Of a stretch of DNA of 41,352 nt, positions 18,156 through 25,821 are shown piece after piece. Numbering within the stretch: the first letter of the stretch is position 1; each line of letters starts with the position of its first letter. The stretch lies in IMG/VR virus record IMGVR_UViG_3300022468_000344; one strand, given 5' to 3'. The DNA comes from a virus. A program made the translations under genes and the position numbers. The notes under the pieces were generated by a model. The model saw only the letters and a program-made list of their open reading frames with translations, did not search any database and was not told the origin of the DNA.

Positions 18156-18554
18156 ATGCCTGAACCAACTAGCCACACGGCCATTGCGGCCGGAGCGGGC
18201 GCAAATAGCGCGGCCGTTATCGGCGCCAGCACCTTTTTAGGTGTGGAGTATGTAGTTATTGCACTAGCGTTGCTCGGAGGTGCAACAGCGCTCGTTTACT
18301 TAACGCGCATGACTTTTGGCGCAATGATTGCCAGCGTTTTTGGCAGTACGGTGCTAGGCGTTATTGCCGCGGTTTTAAGCACCAACATTGTGATTGATAC
18401 CGCGGTGCATTTTGCGCCGTGGCTTACAAAAACACTTTCAAACTCACACCTAGCCGGCCAAATGCTTGTTGCCTTTTTGGTTGGATTTTTAGCGCAAAAA
18501 GGCGTGCCCGCGTTATTTCGGTGGATTGACGGCAGGGGAGGCCAGCAACCATGA
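18156..18554 (+). CDS. Holin candidate (multi-TM membrane protein)
   Basis: AAAGG SD. 132 aa with 3-4 hydrophobic helices. It is upstream of the endolysin. Confidence 0.6.
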   Translation: MPEPTSHTAIAAGAGANSAAVIGASTFLGVEYVVIALALLGGATALVYLTRMTFGAMIASVFGSTVLGVIAAVLSTNIVIDTAVHFAPWLTKTLSNSHLAGQMLVAFLVGFLAQKGVPALFRWIDGRGGQQP

Positions 18555-18835
18555 AAATTATATTTTTATTAAGTGCCGCGTTTGCTTTTTCCGGTTGTAT
18601 GCATCAAGCCAACTTAATGGAAAATTGCAAAATAAGGGCGCAAGCCGCAATTATTGGTTTAATGGTTTTTGATGTTATTGCGGCGTTAAACGCTATTTAC
18701 ATGGCGCTACCAACGCACTGCATGCTTACCGGCACAATTGTTTTGGCGTTTGCGGGCACTTGGTTGTTTTTAAGGCCTGAGTGCGGACACGACCGCAAAG
18801 AGTTTAAGCATGAGGTGCAACATGCTAAGCGTTGA
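18551..18835 (+). CDS. Lipobox-bearing membrane protein (possible antiholin / lysis regulator)
   Basis: ATGA overlap. N-terminal LSAAFAFSG|C lipobox plus two further hydrophobic helices. 94 aa. Confidence 0.55.
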   Translation: MKIIFLLSAAFAFSGCMHQANLMENCKIRAQAAIIGLMVFDVIAALNAIYMALPTHCMLTGTIVLAFAGTWLFLRPECGHDRKEFKHEVQHAKR

Positions 18836-19463
18836 CCAATTAGCAAAAGCCGCCGGTTGCACCCGCGACCGCGCGGCAAAATGGCACCCGCACATTGTTG
18901 AGGCAATGCAACGCTTTGACATTAACACGCCAAACGAAATGGCCAGCTTTATTGCCCAGCTTGCGCACGAAAGCGCGCACCTATCCAAGCTTGAGGAAAG
19001 CTTGAATTACAGCGCCGACGGGTTGGCCGCAACATGGCCGGCACGCTACCGCGACAAGGCAACCGGCAAGCCAAACCAATTGGCGCTATTGCTACACCGC
19101 CGCCCGGCCGCAATTGCAAATAACTGTTACGCCGGCCGCATGGGTAACGGTGACATTGCCAGCGGTGACGGCTGGCGATACCGCGGGCGCGGGCCAATAC
19201 AAATAACCGGGCGCGCAAATTACCAGCGTTGCGGCAAAGACATTGGCCTTGATTTGATAAGCAACCCGGACTTGCTACTTGAGCCGCGCGCGGGTGCTTT
19301 AAGCGCCGGGTGGTTTTGGCACATTAGCGGGCTGGACAAGCACGACGACGACGCCAGCGTTTACGCGGAAACAAAGATTATCAACGGCGGCACCAACGGA
19401 CTTGCCGAGCGCCAAAAGTTTTTTAACATTGCATTAAAAGCAATTAGCGAGGTAACGGCATGA
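18822..19463 (+). CDS. Endolysin, glycoside hydrolase family 19-like
   Basis: QLAHESAHLSKLEESLNYS and YRGRGPIQITGRANY motifs. GAGG SD before ATG 18822; an alternative in-frame ATG is at 18810. Confidence 0.85.
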   Translation: MLSVDQLAKAAGCTRDRAAKWHPHIVEAMQRFDINTPNEMASFIAQLAHESAHLSKLEESLNYSADGLAATWPARYRDKATGKPNQLALLLHRRPAAIANNCYAGRMGNGDIASGDGWRYRGRGPIQITGRANYQRCGKDIGLDLISNPDLLLEPRAGALSAGWFWHISGLDKHDDDASVYAETKIINGGTNGLAERQKFFNIALKAISEVTA

Positions 19464-19774
19464 GTGACGCAATAAAAGGAAAGTTAAACCTTGGTGCCGA
19501 CGGCTCAACATTTTTTTACTGCCAAGCATGCAATCAGGTGCACGGCATTAAAACAGGCCAAGGCGCCGGGCCACGCTGGGGTTGGAATGGCGACCATGAA
19601 AAACCAACATTTACGCCGTCGGTTTTAGTAAATCAAGGAATGGCCAACCCAGCGGTGCCGATTTGCCATTCATTCGTAACCGACGGACGCATACAGTATT
19701 TATCAGATTGCACTCACTCAATGGCTGGCCAAACAGTTGAGTTGCAAAATTTTACTTGGGGGCATGATGATTAG
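19460..19774 (+). CDS. Cys/His-rich small protein (DUF6527-like) within the lysis cassette
   Basis: ATGA overlap. 104 aa. CQAC...ICH...DCTH arrangement and WGWNGDHEKPTFTPSVLV. Confidence 0.6.
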   Translation: MSDAIKGKLNLGADGSTFFYCQACNQVHGIKTGQGAGPRWGWNGDHEKPTFTPSVLVNQGMANPAVPICHSFVTDGRIQYLSDCTHSMAGQTVELQNFTWGHDD

Positions 19775-20336
19775 CTTTTTACTTAAACTTGTGCCGGCGC
19801 AGTATCAAATATTAGCCAAAATCATTGCGCTGGCCGTGCTGGCTGGCATTATTTTTGCCGCGGCTATATCAGCATATAACTGGGCTTATAAAAACGGCGT
19901 ACAGGCCGAGCGCGTGACTTGGCAACAAAGCGAAAATGCAAAACTGCAAGAGGCAATCACTCACATTAACGGATTAAACAAAAAAATCCGTGAGGCTGAG
20001 CGCGCGCATGCGGTTGAGTTGCAAACCGTTTCAAACAATTACCAACAAGGGCTTAAACATGAAAAACAGAAATTTAATGATGTTGTTGCTAGTTACCGCG
20101 CTGGCACTATCAGCTTGCGCGACAAACACGCGGCCGGTAGCCCCGCCGCTTGTGTCGGTTTCGCCGCAGACCTTAGCGCCGGCGCCAGCGGACGTGATGC
20201 AACCGAGGGCGCCAAACTTTCTCAGCCGCTTGCTGAATTTCTTATCGGATTAGCCAGCGAGGCCGACGAGGTGGTGCAACAATTGACCGCTTGCCAAGAA
20301 ATCGTTAACGCTGACCGGGCGGCCTTAGTGCAATAA
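19764..20336 (+). CDS. i-spanin (Rz-like)
   Basis: ATG 19764 within listed ORF 19737..20336. N-terminal TM helix and a coiled-coil periplasmic part. It contains the embedded o-spanin. Confidence 0.75.
   Translation: MMISFLLKLVPAQYQILAKIIALAVLAGIIFAAAISAYNWAYKNGVQAERVTWQQSENAKLQEAITHINGLNKKIREAERAHAVELQTVSNNYQQGLKHEKQKFNDVVASYRAGTISLRDKHAAGSPAACVGFAADLSAGASGRDATEGAKLSQPLAEFLIGLASEADEVVQQLTACQEIVNADRAALVQ
20059..20253 (+). CDS. o-spanin (Rz1-like lipoprotein), fully embedded in the i-spanin in the +1 frame
   Basis: AAGGG SD. MKNRNLMMLLLVTALALSA|C lipobox. Pro-rich, 64 aa. Confidence 0.8.
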   Translation: MKNRNLMMLLLVTALALSACATNTRPVAPPLVSVSPQTLAPAPADVMQPRAPNFLSRLLNFLSD

Positions 20337-20359
20337 AAAAGCCCGCATGGCGCGGGCTT
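20335..20359 (-). terminator. Terminator hairpin between the convergent lysis and ssb operons
   Basis: AAGCCCGC-atggc-GCGGGCTT. The A6 upstream on the plus strand gives a T-tract on the minus strand. Confidence 0.65.
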
Positions 20360-20393
20360 AATCATGTTGGTGGCGTCAACATTATGATAGACC

Positions 20394-20867
20394 TCAAAAC
20401 GGTATATCGTCCTCAAAATCATCAAAGCCTGAGCCAGCCGCGGCCGGCGCACGTTGTTGCGTTGCCGCCGGTTTGGCATAGGCTGGATTGTCTGCCGCTC
20501 CGTTACGCTCCGGGCGGTCGTCATTGCCGCCGCTATCTCGGCTCCCTAGCATTTGCATGCTATCCGCGATAATCTCAGTTGTATAGCGGTCGTTACCGTC
20601 TTTATCCTGCCATTTGCGCGTTTGTAAGCGCCCCTCAATATAAACCGGACGGCCTTTTTTAAGGTACTCGCCGGCAATCTCAGCAAGCTTGCGATACATG
20701 ACAATATTGTGCCATTCGGTGCGCTCCTGCTTTGCGCCGCTTTTATCTTTCCAGCTATCCGTTGTTGCAATGCTGAAATTACACACCGCCTCGCCGTTTG
20801 GCATATATTTAACCTCAGGGTCGCGTCCTAAATTGCCCACCAAAATAACCTTGTTTACACTCGCCAT
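20394..20867 (-). CDS. ssb: Single-stranded DNA-binding protein
   Basis: Canonical OB-fold sequence ([13 protein letters not shown]...[23 protein letters not shown]) and an acidic C-terminal tip DDIPF. Confidence 0.95.
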   Translation of the reverse strand: MASVNKVILVGNLGRDPEVKYMPNGEAVCNFSIATTDSWKDKSGAKQERTEWHNIVMYRKLAEIAGEYLKKGRPVYIEGRLQTRKWQDKDGNDRYTTEIIADSMQMLGSRDSGGNDDRPERNGAADNPAYAKPAATQQRAPAAAGSGFDDFEDDIPF

Positions 20868-21092
20868 TTAATTATCCTTTACAAATTCAATTTTGCCGGA
20901 GCGCTCACGCCCTGCAATGCTCACCTTTGGCGCACTAGGCAACACCCAAGTGCCGCCGACTTTTTTAGCGCCTGCAATCCGGTTTTGCTCACATAATGCG
21001 CGCACTCGGCGCTCAGATACGCCAAGCAATGCCGCCGCCTCTTTTGCTGAAATCATTTGTTTAACTATTCCGTTGGTGGTATTAACCGCCAT
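20868..21092 (-). CDS. Helix-turn-helix DNA-binding protein (excisionase/MerR-type HTH_17-like)
   Basis: ISAKEAAALLGVSERRVRALCEQNRI HTH. GAGG lies 6 nt before ATG 21092; the listed ORF extends to 21128. Confidence 0.7.
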   Translation of the reverse strand: MAVNTTNGIVKQMISAKEAAALLGVSERRVRALCEQNRIAGAKKVGGTWVLPSAPKVSIAGRERSGKIEFVKDN

Positions 21093-21117
21093 TATATACC
21101 TCGCTTTCTTTTTTAAT

Positions 21118-21540
21118 TTAATCCTCAACCCATTTGCCCAGCACCTCGCACTTTCTCGTTAAATAAGAAGTGCCCAAGTCAAACGTGCACTCGTAAAATA
21201 CCGTGTCGGTTTTAAACGGTTTATGCGTGTCATACCAATTGCCCAAAATAAACACCAAGGCCATGCATGCCAGCGCCGTAACAATCACGTTAAACAGCGC
21301 CATAATTGCCGGCTCGGTTATTTGAGGCTCCAAAGGTTTACCGGCGGCACCGTTAGCGCCGGCCAAACTATTGCTTTTTTTCTGCATGCTCATGTTTACA
21401 ACCTCCGCACCGTTTATCAGTTTCGCGCTGGTCGTACTGGCAAGCGCGGGTAAATACATAAGGCCAAGTAACCAGGCCGCCTGAGTGCTCAACAAATAAC
21501 GCTTTGCACCTATCCGGCGCCTTGTCGCTATGGCACCCAT
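21118..21540 (-). CDS. Hypothetical membrane protein (internal start 21393 plausible)
   Basis: One TM helix (AIMALFNVIVTALACMALVFIL). GGAGG SD precedes the internal ATG 21393, and there is no SD before 21540. Confidence 0.55.
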   Translation of the reverse strand: MGAIATRRRIGAKRYLLSTQAAWLLGLMYLPALASTTSAKLINGAEVVNMSMQKKSNSLAGANGAAGKPLEPQITEPAIMALFNVIVTALACMALVFILGNWYDTHKPFKTDTVFYECTFDLGTSYLTRKCEVLGKWVED

Positions 21541-21553
21541 AAACGTTAGCCAT
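21368..21553 (-). CDS. Alternative Cys/His-rich 61-aa ORF
   Basis: GGAG SD 8 nt before ATG 21553. It overlaps the upstream stop and is mutually exclusive with the 5' third of ORF 21118..21540. Confidence 0.3.
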   Translation of the reverse strand: MANVYGCHSDKAPDRCKALFVEHSGGLVTWPYVFTRACQYDQRETDKRCGGCKHEHAEKKQ

Positions 21554-21824
21554 TTAGTTGCTCCAATTCATTCAAAGCCGCCTCGGCGCCGCGGATAACA
21601 TCAAGCAACTTAATGCGTTGCTTGCGGCCGTCAATATCCCGCACAATGGTTGTTGTAACCGGGCTTATGCGCTGGCTTTCCAAAATCATGCCCAGCGTGT
21701 AAATAAGCGCGCGGCTTTTGTGTATGACTTTCTCGGCGGCTTGCTTGCGCTCGGCCTCGGTGCGGCCGCGTTTAAAGCGCGCCATAACGGCTTTGTGAAA
21801 TTCTGCAATGTTGGCCATGCTCAA
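21546..21824 (-). CDS. Hypothetical protein
   Basis: 92 aa, helical and basic, in the operon with neighbouring genes. Confidence 0.65.
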   Translation of the reverse strand: MSMANIAEFHKAVMARFKRGRTEAERKQAAEKVIHKSRALIYTLGMILESQRISPVTTTIVRDIDGRKQRIKLLDVIRGAEAALNELEQLNG

Positions 21825-21848
21825 ATCCTTTTTGTTGTTAATTGTTTT

Positions 21849-22667
21849 TTATTTTGGCGCCGGTAATGCGCCGGGGTAATGCTTGGCAATAATCCGGTTT
21901 AATTGCTCAACCAAATCAAGCCTTGAGAAAGTAATGTGCGCGTTGTTATTCTTAAACCAACGGGCTTTAAAATAAGTAAATTCATGCTCGCCGCTAAACT
22001 TAGCGCGCGCCATGCGGGCAAGCTCGCCGCCGTCGGCTTTTCTATGGTCGGCAACCGTGCCGCCGTCCAGTATTGAAAACACCCGGCATAAATCATCTAT
22101 CTTGTCGCATGCCGAGTGATTGCCGCTATACGAACGCACCCAGCCAAGCACAATGCGCTTGCCAAACTTCTGCGGCATGTTGGTTTTGTATTCCCAGCTA
22201 AGGCCTTTAAACACATCAATAACGCCTTGCTCAAATATGTTTTGGCTATCGGCATGCAATTGGCCAAACGTGGCCTCAATCGTGCCACGCGATAAAACCG
22301 GCACTTTTTCATTGTCGTTATATAGCAAACCATCCCATTGGTTACGCATGGCGTTATTCATTAAGGTGCGCATGCCGCTTTCGTGCAATAGGTGTTTCCA
22401 GCCTGCTTTATCCACGCGCTGGGTTGCGCTTTCCAATCCAATATTTTTGCCGTTGTGCTTATCAAATAGCTTGTGCGAACCGTGGCGCCCATTAAGCCCA
22501 TTTACAAAATAATCAGCACAGCCATAAACTTTGTTGTCGTTAAAGTATTGCTGGCTTAACTCGTTAATTTCATCCCAAAGGTTTTGCATACTAGCTAGGC
22601 GCTCAATGATTGCCTCGCGTTTGTTTAGCAAATCGTCAACGCTTACGCTTTTTACTAACTGGCTCAA
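21849..22667 (-). CDS. DUF4942-like protein
   Basis: TTG start with AGGAGC SD 6 nt upstream. 272 aa. The C-terminal FKARWFKNNNAHITF...LNRII resembles DUF4942. Confidence 0.6.
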   Translation of the reverse strand: MSQLVKSVSVDDLLNKREAIIERLASMQNLWDEINELSQQYFNDNKVYGCADYFVNGLNGRHGSHKLFDKHNGKNIGLESATQRVDKAGWKHLLHESGMRTLMNNAMRNQWDGLLYNDNEKVPVLSRGTIEATFGQLHADSQNIFEQGVIDVFKGLSWEYKTNMPQKFGKRIVLGWVRSYSGNHSACDKIDDLCRVFSILDGGTVADHRKADGGELARMARAKFSGEHEFTYFKARWFKNNNAHITFSRLDLVEQLNRIIAKHYPGALPAPK

Positions 22668-22724
22668 TTTTTAGCTCCTAAGCTTTACTTGCTACCCCTT
22701 GCACGGTTGGCAAGTGGTAGTTGG

Positions 22725-22958
22725 TTAAAATCCAATTTCTGCCAAGTTGGTTGGCGCGCCAACGTCACGCTGATAGCTTTCAATCTCAAAACAATCTAAA
22801 CCCGCGCGAGTTGCAAACTTTTGTGCGTCGTCGGCGCTGACGTACTGGTTAAAGTATTTGTCGTCGGCGGTTGCTTGCCACACTTTAGTTTTGCTATTCA
22901 GATAAAACCTTAGCGGTTGGCCGTTTATGTTTTTTACCTTGTAGTAAGTTTTTTGCAT
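22725..22958 (-). CDS. Hypothetical 77-aa protein with its own promoter
   Basis: CTTAGGAGC-type SD. A promoter-like element lies at 23003-23031. Confidence 0.65.
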   Translation of the reverse strand: MQKTYYKVKNINGQPLRFYLNSKTKVWQATADDKYFNQYVSADDAQKFATRAGLDCFEIESYQRDVGAPTNLAEIGF

Positions 22959-23002
22959 TTCAAGCTCCTAAGTTGTTGTTTATTCCCTTACTGCTATTTA
23001 TA

Positions 23003-23031
23003 ACTATACCGCCAACGGTACAGCATAGCAA
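23003..23031 (-). promoter_or_regulatory. Sigma70-like promoter (TTGCTA-N17-TATAGT) abutted by an ATGCAT operator
   Basis: -10 at 23003-23008 and -35 at 23026-23031 (minus strand). It shares CGGTATAGT with two other promoters. Confidence 0.45.
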
Positions 23032-23102
23032 GCATTTATGCATAATTTATGTGAAAAAACGTGCTAATACTGCGGAATACATCAAGGGGTTAAGTGCTGG
23101 AT

Positions 23103-23116
23103 ATGCATAAATGCAT
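23103..23116. promoter_or_regulatory. Operator-like 14-mer ATGCATAAATGCAT (perfect)
   Basis: Exact copy of a motif recurring at regulatory sites. Confidence 0.6.
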
Positions 23117-23310
23117 TGAGTTTTGTATTATACGCCCGCACTGTTTTTTGCTTTATAATCGGCACTTTGGTACAGTTTGGGGGCTTGCATGGGGTGCAAG
23201 TAACCTAAATTATAAATATATAATAAAATCATGCACTTAACCTCACAAAATGCCCATTTGTATAATTTGAGTATTAGCATAAACCTCTAATACTATTCAC
23301 TGCTTTAAAT

Positions 23311-23387
<77 letters not shown>

Positions 23388-23406
23388 ATCACTTTTTACT
23401 CATAAG

Positions 23407-23434
23407 CGGGGCTTTCGCCCCGGTGTTTATTTTT
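23407..23434 (+). terminator. Terminator after the tRNA
   Basis: CGGGGC-tttc-GCCCCG followed by a T-rich tract (gtgtttattttt). Confidence 0.55.
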
Positions 23435-24026
23435 CTGTTTTTTCTGCTTTGGCGTCCATAACTGCCAGTATCACATTTAGCGGCGTCATTACCCCGCCCA
23501 TAAAGTAAAACGCCCTTAAAAACTCGGTGCCGTGCTGGTTGACTACAAGGTGCACATTAACGCTAACTGGCAGGCCTTTAAACATATCGTGCAACTCCAA
23601 ACCGCGGGCATATTGTGCTTTGCGTTGCTCCATAATATCGCGGATTGATTTAACGATTGCCGTGGCGCGCTCATTCTCTTTGCGCTCAGCCTTAACAACT
23701 TCAGCGCATTTAATTGCCGCTCTCAGGTTAACCAAATCCTCAATTTGATTTACTGCCTCGGCTGACTGAGGAAACACGGTTGTTGCTAATTCGGCATGTT
23801 TGGCTTTCCAGTTGTGCAAATCAGGCATACCCCAATAAACGTTTTCTTGAGCCTCGGTGCGCTCAGCATGCGGAATTTCCAAATACATATTTTGAATTTG
23901 GCCTTTTAAAATTTCATAAGCGCGGCTAACGTCGCTCAAAGCCTCTTTTTGTCCAGCCTGAGAAGTAAATCCAGCCTCAAAGGCTTTGGTTGCTCGCTCT
24001 ATGTAAAACCCAATCGTTTTTGCCAT
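23427..24026 (-). CDS. Hypothetical 199-aa protein between integrase and tRNA (moron position)
   Basis: GGGAG SD and its own promoter-like element at 24059-24087. No recognised motif. Confidence 0.7.
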   Translation of the reverse strand: MAKTIGFYIERATKAFEAGFTSQAGQKEALSDVSRAYEILKGQIQNMYLEIPHAERTEAQENVYWGMPDLHNWKAKHAELATTVFPQSAEAVNQIEDLVNLRAAIKCAEVVKAERKENERATAIVKSIRDIMEQRKAQYARGLELHDMFKGLPVSVNVHLVVNQHGTEFLRAFYFMGGVMTPLNVILAVMDAKAEKTEK

Positions 24027-24058
24027 TTTAAAACTCCCGTTGCGTTGTTGATGTTGTT

Positions 24059-24087
24059 ACTATACCGACAACGGAATAGTAAAACAA
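24059..24087 (-). promoter_or_regulatory. Sigma70-like promoter (TTGTTT-N17-TATAGT)
   Basis: Shares CCGTTGNCGGTATAGT with the promoter at 23003. An A/T-rich tract lies upstream. Confidence 0.4.
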
Positions 24088-24111
24088 GGGGGTTAAGCAA
24101 TTATTTTTAAA

Positions 24112-25230
24112 TTATTTTTCAGGTGGCAACGCCATAAGCACCTCACTACTTGCCACCTCCCGGCGCTTGATATAGGTTTCAGTCATGCCCGCGTCGGTAT
24201 GCGCGGCCGCAACACTTAATTGCTCCATTGTATAGCCGGCCTTTTTGGCGTCCGTTAGCGACTTGGCGCGCAAATCCCTAAGCGTCGCGTTTACTATCCC
24301 GGCACGCTCGCACGCGCGCACCCATGCCGTGCCCACGCCGCGGGTGGCGTATGGCTTGCCGTCTAGCGAGTGGATAACGTACATGCTCTTAATCCGGCCA
24401 ATCGCCTTGGCGCGCTCCAAAACAGCTTGCACGGCCGGGCTTATTGGCACGTTGACATTGGCGCCGCTGGATTTTTCGGTTTTGGTTGGCTTAAATTTAA
24501 TAAAGCCGTCGCCAATATCCGACCATTTAAGCAACCGCACCTCGGTTGTGCGCTGATAAAGCAGGTAACACAAATCAACATAGCATTGCATCATTTCGCC
24601 GCTGGGCGTGCGCTTGCCGTCTTTGCCGATTAACAGGGCGTTGCGTATGGCGTGAAACTCCGCATGCTCAATGTAGCGGCTACGGCTGGCCGGCTTGTCA
24701 ACCTTTACCTCGCGGCAAGGGTTATCATTGCGCAAGCCCTTGCGGCATGCCCACGCGAAAAAATCAGATAAGCGCGAGCGGTAAACCTGAGCCGAGCGTT
24801 GCCCCTCCCATTGGTCAAGGAATTTGGCCACGTCCACGGGCATGATTTGCACAACATCAAAGTCACCGAAAGCCTCAGCCAGTATTTTGCATTTTCGGGT
24901 TATCTCTTTGCTTGCCTCGGCAAACATTTTGAGCCGGGCGGCGTCGGTTGGTTTTTCTTTGTCGCGTTTTTTGAGCACGCTGAGCCGGTAGGTTTCAATA
25001 TACGTTGTAAAATCGCCTCGGCCTGAGCCTTGCAAGTTGAGTTTGGTTATCTCGTTGACTAGCTCCCGCGCCTTAATCTCGCCCTCAGCAACCGCGCAAA
25101 GGGAGTGCCATTTTTGGCACTTTCCCGTCGCTGGGTTTTGTATCGCGTCGGCGCTGAAAAAGTAAAAGCGCTTTCCGCGTATGTAAATGCGCGAGTGCGT
25201 TAGCGTCTTATTATTGTGGCGTTTTCTCAT
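24112..25230 (-). CDS. int: Tyrosine integrase
   Basis: 372 aa. The C-terminal catalytic region has conserved R, H-x-x-R-like and terminal Y context (AAAHTDAGMTETYIKR). CTTAGGAGC SD. Confidence 0.9.
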   Translation of the reverse strand: MRKRHNNKTLTHSRIYIRGKRFYFFSADAIQNPATGKCQKWHSLCAVAEGEIKARELVNEITKLNLQGSGRGDFTTYIETYRLSVLKKRDKEKPTDAARLKMFAEASKEITRKCKILAEAFGDFDVVQIMPVDVAKFLDQWEGQRSAQVYRSRLSDFFAWACRKGLRNDNPCREVKVDKPASRSRYIEHAEFHAIRNALLIGKDGKRTPSGEMMQCYVDLCYLLYQRTTEVRLLKWSDIGDGFIKFKPTKTEKSSGANVNVPISPAVQAVLERAKAIGRIKSMYVIHSLDGKPYATRGVGTAWVRACERAGIVNATLRDLRAKSLTDAKKAGYTMEQLSVAAAHTDAGMTETYIKRREVASSEVLMALPPEK

Positions 25231-25257
25231 TTTGTGCTCCTAAGACTTTATGAGGTA

Positions 25258-25503
25258 TTACTGGCTTACAGACTTAATCATTTTAACTTCCGGCCGCTCG
25301 CAATTTACTACGTCCAGCGCGCTACCTTTGGCGCTAGTGCCGCATTTGTGTGCAACCAAGGCCTCCCATGCTTGCGCCGTGATAATAACGCCCTTGGTGT
25401 CGTGCGGGATTGTTTGGCCATAATGGCGCTCAAACCAACGGGCTTGCGCCGCGGGCACCGTCCTGCCGGTAATGGCTTGTAATTCGTTAGGCGTTAATCG
25501 CAT
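25258..25503 (-). CDS. DUF4224-like protein (possible excisionase/recombination directionality factor)
   Basis: LTPNELQAITGRTVPAAQARWFERHYG resembles DUF4224. It is adjacent to int. Confidence 0.6.
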   Translation of the reverse strand: MRLTPNELQAITGRTVPAAQARWFERHYGQTIPHDTKGVIITAQAWEALVAHKCGTSAKGSALDVVNCERPEVKMIKSVSQ

Positions 25504-25660
25504 TTTTTGCTCCTTTTTGTTTTGCTTGTTTCATGTGTGCTTGGCGGCTTGCGTGGCATGCCTCGCAATAGCGGCGGCCTCGCCCCATATTGTCTTTAAT
25601 CACTTTCACCGACGGCCGGCGCTGGCAACTTTGGCAAATCTTTGGCGCTGGGGTTGTCAT
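25487..25660 (-). CDS. Unlisted 57-aa zinc-ribbon protein
   Basis: GGAGG 7 nt before ATG 25660. MTTPAPKICQSCQRRPSV...RRYCEACHASRQ (CxxC...CxxC). ATGA coupling with the upstream ORF. It overlaps the DUF4224 gene start. Confidence 0.5.
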   Translation of the reverse strand: MTTPAPKICQSCQRRPSVKVIKDNMGRGRRYCEACHASRQAHMKQAKQKGAKNAINA

Positions 25661-25821
25661 TTCTTAGCCTCCGTGCCCTTAACTTGTTGGTATTGGTCGC
25701 ACAGTGCCACGGCCTCGCGCTTGTGCACGCCGCAAATAACAACGTGGCGGTGTGCATTTGTGGGTGCGCGCTCAACGAATACGTGGCGACATGTTTTGCA
25801 TGATTTCTCAACCGCCGCCAT
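25657..25821 (-). CDS. Unlisted 54-aa Cys/His protein
   Basis: GGAGG 8 nt before ATG 25821. TAAATG junction with the ATPase gene. MAAVEKSCKTCRHVF...VICGVHKRE. Confidence 0.5.
   Translation of the reverse strand: MAAVEKSCKTCRHVFVERAPTNAHRHVVICGVHKREAVALCDQYQQVKGTEAKK

Noticed and set aside
25596-25811. Listed 71-aa minus-strand ORF.
   Set aside because: It has no SD and an odd composition. Two SD-bearing, translationally coupled mini-ORFs in other frames explain the same interval better.
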